From the IMG/VR virus record IMGVR_UViG_3300036826_000065, positions 1 through 54,786 of that record: DNA of 54,786 bases, one strand, 5' to 3'. The DNA comes from a virus (lineage: Duplodnaviria > Caudoviricetes). Under the pieces are notes generated by a model. The model was not told where the DNA came from, ran no database searches, and worked only from the letters and a program-made list of their open reading frames with translations. Below, piece after piece: positions 48,226 to 54,786 of this stretch; within the stretch, counting starts at the first letter, position 1, and each line of letters starts with the position of its first letter. Made by a program: the position numbers and the translations under genes.

Positions 48226-48562
48226 CGGGAAGGTCGCGGAACCAGAACCGGCGCCCGTCAGCCGACTCGCCGGTCAAGTGCATGCGCAGAATTGGAGATT
48301 GCTTCCCGCGCAGATGTTCACGCAGCCACTGGAGCCCAACGACAATGAAGCCGTGCGGGCTGCGGGAGTCCACCTGGGGCGGCATGGCCGCGACTTCGGT
48401 CTTGGAGAGTACATCCGCCATTCCGTCCCAGGGATTGATCTCATCGGTCATTTGATTTCTCCTCGCCTCGCCATGCCCCTCCGCGCCCAACCGGGCCTCG
48501 CCGGGTAGATCATTCGTCGGCCTCCAGAATCGATATGCCGCCAGCTTGCTTCGCCGCCTCAT
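48197..48562 (-). CDS. hypothetical protein (true start probably internal, MTDEIN)
   Basis: GGAG SD before the internal ATG. Confidence 0.45.
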   Translation of the reverse strand: MRRRSKLAAYRFWRPTNDLPGEARLGAEGHGEARRNQMTDEINPWDGMADVLSKTEVAAMPPQVDSRSPHGFIVVGLQWLREHLRGKQSPILRMHLTGESADGRRFWFRDLPGVRQELGME

Positions 48563-48731
48563 CGAGCAGGTCCATTCCCGGCTGGTTGGTCGCGAAGATG
48601 TAGATCGGCCCTTCCTCCGGCTGCACCACCTTCCTCACCGTATAGAAGGGGTCCGGCGACGTGATGGAGTGCGTGCGGAAAACATCCGTCAGCAAGTCGC
48701 CCAGGAGGAGAGCCATTTCGTTGCTGGTCAT
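48510..48731 (-). CDS. hypothetical protein
   Basis: Coupled ORF. Confidence 0.5.
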   Translation of the reverse strand: MTSNEMALLLGDLLTDVFRTHSITSPDPFYTVRKVVQPEEGPIYIFATNQPGMDLLDEAAKQAGGISILEADE

Positions 48732-48952
48732 CGCTTCGGCCTTCTGAATAACTCGCGATCAGGGCACGTAACGAAGTGCGACTCGCCGTCCGGGTTGTAG
48801 ATTCCCAGCACGCCGTTCAGGTGGCGCACCATATAGACTTCAGCCTTGCAGTTGGGACCGCGACACACAGATGGATTCCCAACACGCGACAGTAACGCCC
48901 GCGTGAGCGCGTGGGCGCGTTCCAGTTCGGTTAGTTCATTTACTCCAGACAT
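48728..48952 (-). CDS. small Zn-binding hypothetical protein
   Basis: C...C and HF.TCP. Confidence 0.55.
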   Translation of the reverse strand: MSGVNELTELERAHALTRALLSRVGNPSVCRGPNCKAEVYMVRHLNGVLGIYNPDGESHFVTCPDRELFRRPKR

Positions 48953-49154
48953 TCAGTCCCCTCCGCAGTGATCGTCACCGAATGCAGCAGATTGCGCGAG
49001 CGATCTCGCCATTCGATCTCGACGCCGCCAATTAAGTTGGCCCGCACTTCGGGCGTGGCGTTGATGATTTGTTCGGCCAGAAAGATGGCCGCTTCGCTGG
49101 GCGGCTGATCGCCGCAGCCTGGGTCGGCCCCGCGCAGATAATCAAGCTTGATTG

Positions 49155-49577
49155 TCATTCGCCCTCCTTCGGCGGCTCCTTCACGGGTTTCAGCGAGCCG
49201 GAGTCCTCCTCCATCAGCCGCTGGCCTTCCTCCCAACTCACTGCGTTGGGATACTCCACCATCTCGATGCCGCGCCGCTTCAGTTCCTTCATGACCTTCT
49301 CCATGTGATCCGCGAATGAGCGGTTGTGCGCGTGTCCCAGGACCCAGCACAGGACCTCCGCATAGGAATGAATACGGATCGCTAACATCGAGCCGGAGCC
49401 AATGGGGATGCTGGGCTCGAGAATGAGTCCCGCGTATAAGTCGTGCGCGAACTGAATCTCGCGCAAGCTACGGATTTTAGGCCTTTCCATCGCCCCCTCG
49501 CTTGAATTGAAGCTTGCGGGCGAAGTCGAAGAGCACGTCATAGGCGACAAGATAAACGTCCCGTTTCCGCTTCTCAC
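49155..49577 (-). CDS. hypothetical protein (start probably MERPKI)
   Basis: L.WVLG motif; internal SD. Confidence 0.5.
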   Translation of the reverse strand: MRSGNGTFILSPMTCSSTSPASFNSSEGAMERPKIRSLREIQFAHDLYAGLILEPSIPIGSGSMLAIRIHSYAEVLCWVLGHAHNRSFADHMEKVMKELKRRGIEMVEYPNAVSWEEGQRLMEEDSGSLKPVKEPPKEGE

Positions 49578-49680
49578 TGATCTCCAGGTAGCGCGGGAAA
49601 AGCCGAATGATGAGAGGCCGGTCGCGATGCTTTGCCGCCGTCTCGCGAATTACTGAGCTTGAGCTTTCAAGCTTGGTCAT
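49477..49680 (-). CDS. hypothetical protein
   Basis: GAGGAG SD. Confidence 0.55.
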   Translation of the reverse strand: MTKLESSSSVIRETAAKHRDRPLIIRLFPRYLEISEKRKRDVYLVAYDVLFDFARKLQFKRGGDGKA

Positions 49681-49827
49681 AACTCCTCAGTCGCGCCGCA
49701 GGTTTGACACACATATCCATAAAACACCATCCATTCCGAATAGCCGTCACAACTGACGCCCGATGGATACTCAACTTCGGCGTAAGTCATCGGGGCGCCG
49801 CATGAGCAAACCTTCTCGGGTTGATCA

Positions 49828-50304
49828 TTCTCGCCTTGCATCGCACTGCCCCACCTCACCATGCCCTGCCCCACCTCGCCAGACATTGCCTCGCCATGCC
49901 TAGCCATGTTGAGGAAAAAAACCTCGCCTTACCTTACCTGACCGTGCCCGACCCTACCCGACCCTACCCGACCAGACCTCACCCGACACAGCCTCGCCAT
50001 GCCCCGCCGCTGAAAAAAAAGAATGAGTGCAGCCTCGCCATGCCTCGCCGTGCCGGACCTCACCTCGCCATACCGGGCCACGCCTTAACTCGCCTAGCCC
50101 CGCCATACTTTAAATCCTCGCCTCGCCATGCCTGACCAAGCCAAACCGCGCACGGCCTCACCATGCCGGACCCCGCCCAGCCACAAGATGAAAATATGAG
50201 TGCAACCTCGCCTTACCTTGCCGCGCCGCGCCACTCCCCGCCACTCCATGCATTGGCCCACCACGCGATGCCACGCCAAGCCTGACACCGCCCTGCCTCA
50301 CCAC
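49828..50304 (-). repeat. five (NN-GGY)n pentamer arrays, putative guide RNAs (49828-49907, 49921-50010, 50032-50106, 50115-50184, 50205-50304)
   Basis: Strict 5-nt periodicity (RCC-NN on plus), 14-20 units each, separated by AT-rich linkers. Confidence 0.85.
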
Positions 50305-50309
50305 GATCT

Positions 50310-50990
50310 CTACGCGGCTGTCATCGTCTTGCCGGACAGCAAGCCAGCCAGCCGCTCCAAAGCCTTGCGAACATCGTCGTTCGCGAGATCCATGAGCCCG
50401 CTCTCTAGGAGATCGATCACCTGACGGATCATGAACGTCTGGGTCGCGCCGCCCAGGCGTTTATTCACCTCGACCTGCTCGCCGGTCAGCGTCATTCCGC
50501 TCATGTGGGCGGCGGCGCGTTTCAGCGGAATCGGCTGCGGCTTCTTTTGCCCCGGCACATTCAATTCGCCCAGCCGGTTGAGCCGAAGCTCGCCCAGTTT
50601 CATGACCGTCACGCCCAGGGCGGCGGCGGTCTGATCAACCGTCAGTTCCAGCTTCTGCCCAATCAACTGACAGCGGATGCGGTCAATGTTCGTCAGTTTG
50701 CGCCCATGATCCGCGTTCAGGCGCATCGCATCCATGAATAGCTCGCCATCGGTCTTATAGTTCCGTGTCACCACCTCGACCGGATATTCCTTGCCGTGCA
50801 GCGACAGATACAGTTTGTACCGATGGAAGCCGTCCACGATCCGCCGCGATTTCGCGCAGATGATAATCGGCGGGAATGTTCTCCCGGCCTTCAGCGATTG
50901 CTTCATTTCCGCGACGTGGTACATATCTACCGACTCTCGCGGATAAACGTCATAGTCCAAAACTAAGTCGCTCAATTTATAAGTCTTCAT
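50310..50990 (-). CDS. ParB/Srx N-terminal domain protein
   Basis: FPPIII...IVDGFHRY and N..HG..L motifs. Confidence 0.8.
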   Translation of the reverse strand: MKTYKLSDLVLDYDVYPRESVDMYHVAEMKQSLKAGRTFPPIIICAKSRRIVDGFHRYKLYLSLHGKEYPVEVVTRNYKTDGELFMDAMRLNADHGRKLTNIDRIRCQLIGQKLELTVDQTAAALGVTVMKLGELRLNRLGELNVPGQKKPQPIPLKRAAAHMSGMTLTGEQVEVNKRLGGATQTFMIRQVIDLLESGLMDLANDDVRKALERLAGLLSGKTMTAA

Positions 50991-50991
50991 A

Positions 50992-51332
50992 ACCTCGCCC
51001 TGCACCGCCAAACCTCACCATGCCTCGCCGTACCCAACCCGGCCAGACCCCGCCAAGCCAAGCATCACCCCGCACGGCCCTGCCACGCCCCGCTGCAAAA
51101 GAGTTCCACAAATCTTATAAGTGCAACCGCGCCATGCCTTGCCGAACCGCGCCAGGCCGTGCCTGACCCGGCCAGACCTCGCCTGACCAGACCCGGCCAA
51201 GCCTCGATCAGGAGGAGCAGGGCGGGAAGCAGCCCGCCCTGTCGAAGTATGTGTCAGAGTTGTCCTCGCCTTGCCTCGCGCCGCCCAGCCCGGCCAGACC
51301 TTGCCGCGCCAGGCCGCGCACGGCCTCGCCTT
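50992..51332 (-). repeat. three (NN-GGY)n arrays (50992-51091, 51126-51205, 51263-51332)
   Basis: Same periodicity; hairpin at 51218-51241 in a linker. Confidence 0.85.
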
Positions 51333-51907
51333 CAGTTCTTAGAAGTCTCCAGAAGTCGTAGACTGAAACGTCCGAATGGTCCTCCCTTCTCCGGTCGGTA
51401 ATCACCGATGCCGACCATGCGACCGGCGAGGTTGCCAATCTCCTCGATCATCTTCAGGTTCTCCACGATGGTGTCGTCCACCTCCAGGTTCACGACCGCT
51501 CGCCAGTTTTCGATCTTTGGGCGCGAGCGCATGATGCCGATGGTCTTGTTGAGGACCACGCGCCGGGTATCCACCGTGTAGCTCTTGCCGCTCATCGGCT
51601 TGCCCTTGGCGTCCAAGATCTGGAAGTATTCGTCCAACGGGAAGATGGTCGCCTTCAGAACTCCCAGCGCACTGAGCTTGCCGATGCGACGGCCTTTGCC
51701 GCCGCTGGCAATCGCCGCCTTCACGGCGACTGTGGGAAAGACGAAGTTGCCCTTCTCATCCAGGTAACGACCGGCTGCGGCTTCGTCCTCCGGCTCCGGC
51801 ACCTTCTTGGTGTCCAGCTTGCCGTGCTTACTGCCGCTCATTGCGGAAGGGTTGTGCATCAGAATCGGCGTCGTGCCGACCAGTTCGACTTTAATATTCG
51901 TTGACAT
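51332..51907 (-). CDS. RAMP/Cas7-like RNA-binding protein (putative guide-RNA effector)
   Basis: N-terminal VELVGTTPILMH, FP..AVKAAI, and C-terminal Gly-rich loop GIGDYRPEKGGPFGRF; flanked by arrays. Confidence 0.65.
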   Translation of the reverse strand: MSTNIKVELVGTTPILMHNPSAMSGSKHGKLDTKKVPEPEDEAAAGRYLDEKGNFVFPTVAVKAAIASGGKGRRIGKLSALGVLKATIFPLDEYFQILDAKGKPMSGKSYTVDTRRVVLNKTIGIMRSRPKIENWRAVVNLEVDDTIVENLKMIEEIGNLAGRMVGIGDYRPEKGGPFGRFSLRLLETSKN

Positions 51908-51941
51908 ACACGTGTCCTCTCAGTTCTCATTGATTGGATTG

Positions 51942-52166
51942 ACCATGCCCCGCCATACCACGCCGAATCACGCCTGACCAAGCCAAACCCAACCGCGCCT
52001 AGCCAAACCCTGCCGGGATGCTATGTCCGGGGTTGCCCAATAGTTTCGGTATTAGGCCCTTGTATTAAGAAACCTCGCCTTGCCATACCATGCAGTGCAT
52101 TGCCATGACCCGCCGGACCTCGCCGGACCAGACCTCGCCTAGCCGTGCCACGCACCGCCATGCCTC
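51942..52166 (-). repeat. two (NN-GGY)n arrays (51942-52016, 52072-52166)
   Basis: Same periodicity. Confidence 0.85.
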
Positions 52167-52533
52167 AACTCTCAGAATCTTCGTCAAGATCTTCCCTGTC
52201 GAATAACTGCCTCTGCAACTCGCCGGGAGTCATCTTCTCGACGCGAATCGGCTTACCACTGCTCGCAACAAAAACAGTCTTTTCGCCAACTGAGGGCTCA
52301 TCGAAAGTAACCCCAATCTCCATCTCCTCCAACTCATAGCCCAGGGCGAGTTTCTGCTGGAGATCGCTGCACGCCTTCTCGGCGGTCAGGATCTCACTGG
52401 CAATCGCGGACGTCATTGCCTTTTTCCGACTGCGCAGTTCATAAATCGCTCCCACGCGAAAAACCAGTTCGTCCTTCATCCGCGACGTCTCTTCGGCGGT
52501 GAACGGTCGCTTCACTTCCTCCGTCATCTTCAT
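52165..52533 (-). CDS. hypothetical phage protein
   Basis: FT.EE...GYE...G...MT..ELQ; GGAGG SD. Confidence 0.7.
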   Translation of the reverse strand: MKMTEEVKRPFTAEETSRMKDELVFRVGAIYELRSRKKAMTSAIASEILTAEKACSDLQQKLALGYELEEMEIGVTFDEPSVGEKTVFVASSGKPIRVEKMTPGELQRQLFDREDLDEDSES

Positions 52534-52546
52534 GAAGTAAGCCTCC

Positions 52547-53518
52547 TTAGTGCGCCCAACTGGGTTGTGGCAAGAACACCTTCTTGCCGGTTTCGGTTTG
52601 CAGCCGTGCGACGAAGATCGCCTTCACCCGGTTGTACGCGGGCGTGCGGTCGCGTTCGGAGATCGTGCGCCCCAGGAGCCAATCGACATAGTCCGCTGTC
52701 GCGCTTACCGACATGAGACATTTCTTGAACGAATCCCTGGTAATCGGCGCCACCTTGCTCGACAGTTCGGGGTGCAGGACTAAGCGCCGGAAAAGCCACA
52801 TGCAGATGATCATGTTGAGCGTTGACCAGAGCCGACCGTACTGCAAGTCGCGCCCCCAGGCGCCCACGGCAAGATTCAGGAATTCGATGAGCGCATCGTA
52901 CTCCTTCGGATCGAGCGTTTCCGCGACCAGGGCGGCGCTTAATGTGGCGCCCGTGCTGGGGACTTCCGACATGCTGCCGCGCCATGCCCTGAGGACCAGC
53001 GACATGCCCACGACCGGCGCCGACTGATTGCGGCGGATGTAATCGTAGCCGACAAAGGGACAATGCGCCCGCAACTTCCGCAGCCCGTCGATGGAGGACT
53101 CCAGCCCGCGCAGGATATCGTCTGGGCGCATGCGGACCAGTTGCGAGTTCAGCCGGACGAACTCCTCGCCCATGTCGGCCATCGAGTTGAAGTAGTGCGT
53201 CCTGACGTCGGTGTAGCCTTCCTTGCAGCCGGAGAGGATGAACGACTCCTTCCTGTGCTGGCCGTCGATCAGATAGATCTCGCCGTCCAGAATCGCCAGC
53301 GTGATGATTCCCGGCCAGACGCCGCCGTCGCGCTTCATCTCTTCGGCCAGGGCGCGGACCTTCTCGTTCTGGCGCACCGGCCTCTGGAACGGCGGCGACT
53401 TCCACTTCTCCAGCAACGTGGGCGTCACCATGATGGTGTCCACGACGGTGCGAGTCTTTTTCTCCACCGGCGTTTGCGGTTTCACGATTTTAAATAGCGC
53501 GGCCAATGGCATGTGCAA
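52547..53518 (-). CDS. DGQHR/ParB-like domain protein
   Basis: FQRP and YLIDGQHR. Confidence 0.75.
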   Translation of the reverse strand: MHMPLAALFKIVKPQTPVEKKTRTVVDTIMVTPTLLEKWKSPPFQRPVRQNEKVRALAEEMKRDGGVWPGIITLAILDGEIYLIDGQHRKESFILSGCKEGYTDVRTHYFNSMADMGEEFVRLNSQLVRMRPDDILRGLESSIDGLRKLRAHCPFVGYDYIRRNQSAPVVGMSLVLRAWRGSMSEVPSTGATLSAALVAETLDPKEYDALIEFLNLAVGAWGRDLQYGRLWSTLNMIICMWLFRRLVLHPELSSKVAPITRDSFKKCLMSVSATADYVDWLLGRTISERDRTPAYNRVKAIFVARLQTETGKKVFLPQPSWAH

Positions 53519-54275
53519 CGTCTCCTTCCTCAGTGGTCATTTCCGCGAGCCGATAAATCTCCTTGGCCTCCGGCGAGTCCAAGAGATGCCAGCCCATTGC
53601 GTCGTAGGGCCTCATCCTTGCGCTCCGCAGGATCATCCGAACGAATTGCCCGTGCCCATGGTTGCTGCGGTCGCTGATCAAGCCGTGCGGTCTGTGGAAG
53701 AGCTTGGGCATCTCCTCCAGCCGGTACAGCCTCCGGTGCGCCTTCTCCGGGTTGGCCTTCAGGTCGCCGCGCATCAGCCGGTAATGGCGCAGGTTCAAAT
53801 TCATGATCAGGTCCATGCGCGGGAAGCGGGCGCAGCACTCGATGATCTCCGCGACCGGAACGCCCGCGCCGGTCCTGCTCCGATACAGCCAGCCGTTCGG
53901 GTCGATCACGATACTGCCGACAGCGTGCGGCGGCATGCCCTTGGCCCATTCCATGAAGTGCCGGTTATCGAGCATCTCCACCCGGCAGTTGGGTCGGCCT
54001 CGCAGCCGCGTCTCAAGCTCGCCCGCGCGGGCGTTATCCAATTCAAAGAACATCGCCTTCCAGCGGCGCAGATGTTTCTGCGCAAGCTCCAAGAAGACCA
54101 GCGGCGTACCGGGGACGCCGTACTCATCGTTCCAACCGGAACCGGCGTTCAAGTCGAAGTGATAGTAAGTATCGCCAGGGTAAAGTATCCGCATGCTCAT
54201 GCTGAACATAGCGGCGATCCGCCGCCCTTTGTCGCAAGTGCTCAGACCTTGCCCTTGACGTCTGCCATCCTGCAT
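53490..54275 (-). CDS. SAM-dependent methyltransferase-like protein (TcmP/GMT-like)
   Basis: GQG.S..., FDLNAGSG, G.P, IDPNG and DLIMN motifs. Confidence 0.6.
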   Translation of the reverse strand: MQDGRRQGQGLSTCDKGRRIAAMFSMSMRILYPGDTYYHFDLNAGSGWNDEYGVPGTPLVFLELAQKHLRRWKAMFFELDNARAGELETRLRGRPNCRVEMLDNRHFMEWAKGMPPHAVGSIVIDPNGWLYRSRTGAGVPVAEIIECCARFPRMDLIMNLNLRHYRLMRGDLKANPEKAHRRLYRLEEMPKLFHRPHGLISDRSNHGHGQFVRMILRSARMRPYDAMGWHLLDSPEAKEIYRLAEMTTEEGDVAHAIGRAI

Positions 54276-54301
54276 AAGTTCGCCAGCTTTCGGTAAGGGA
54301 G

Positions 54302-54659
54302 TTACTCTTTGGGCGGCTCGCCGGTTTCCTGCGCCGCCGACATGACCCGGTCGCGGAGCTTCGGCCTTTCTTTCGCACCGGCCTCCAGTTGCTTCGCGCC
54401 TTCGTCGAGGACTTCTTCCCAGCCGCTGACATCCACGGCTTCGGTGTCCTCCTTCTCGATGACGTTGCGCACCTCAGGCGAGAGCGGAAGCCACTTGGAA
54501 TGGCGGCGGAAAACCGTCTTCTTCGCCATCTCGTCGAAATCGGTCACCCATGGTCCCTGATCCGGCGACTTACTGCGCTTGCGGATCTTCTCGATCTCTG
54601 ACGGGTTCATGACGATGAAATCTTCGCTACCGTCCTTGAATCGCACGTAGGAATAGTAA
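54302..54659 (-). CDS. recT: RecT C-terminal part (joined to 524..1)
   Basis: GPWVTDFDEMAKKTVFRR.SKWLPLS. Confidence 0.9.
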
Positions 54660-54786
54660 GCGACTCGATCCGGCCCGCGATCCTTGGCGTTCGGCGTGTG
54701 CTTTAAGTGCGCCTCGGTTCCGTAGGCATAGCTCCATTCGTCGTTGCTGTAAACCGCATCGGCATGCACATAGCTGACGTCGCCGG

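Noticed and set aside
49921-50010. Self-target matches of this array (IEWRD near 49010; ELRSR near 52430)
   Set aside because: Only five consecutive dinucleotides match, which is expected by chance in a genome this size
49821-51438. Short Arg/Gly/Pro-rich ORFs across the pentamer arrays
   Set aside because: They are translations of 5-nt periodic repeats with no protein-like features
54660-54786. Biological direct terminal repeat
   Set aside because: 127 nt equals a common assembler k-mer size and the repeat falls inside recT, so it is an assembly overlap

Overview
This window is a complete, circularly assembled temperate tailed-phage genome of about 54,659 bp. Bases 1-127 repeat 54660-54786, and recT spans that junction. 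Nearly all genes are on the minus strand. It has a lambda-like head module (terS, intein-containing GpA terL, gpW, portal, S49 protease, gpD, gpE) and a siphovirus tail with a -1 frameshift chaperone pair. It also carries YqaJ/RecT, an HTH replication initiator with internal iterons, VRR-NUC, a C5 methyltransferase apparently split over two overlapping frames, and a large serine integrase with a candidate attP inside its own 3' end. Two RNA-based systems stand out. (1) At 49.8-52.2 kb, a Cas7/RAMP-like gene and a ParB-like gene sit among ten arrays of (NN-GGY)n pentamers. Reading the NN dinucleotides as codon positions 1-2 spells recognisable motifs of other phages' genes: tyrosine-integrase GxRRGELLGLRWxDID and RLHDLRHT, a DUF2190-like capsid protein, and a homolog of the neighbouring gene. 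This suggests a gapped-code, RNA-guided anti-phage system. (2) At 34.3-35.9 kb, four type I hammerhead ribozymes each lie between a stop codon and the next gene's Shine-Dalgarno sequence, punctuating a small-gene operon. All calls come from reading the sequence; no database searches were run and the host cannot be determined.
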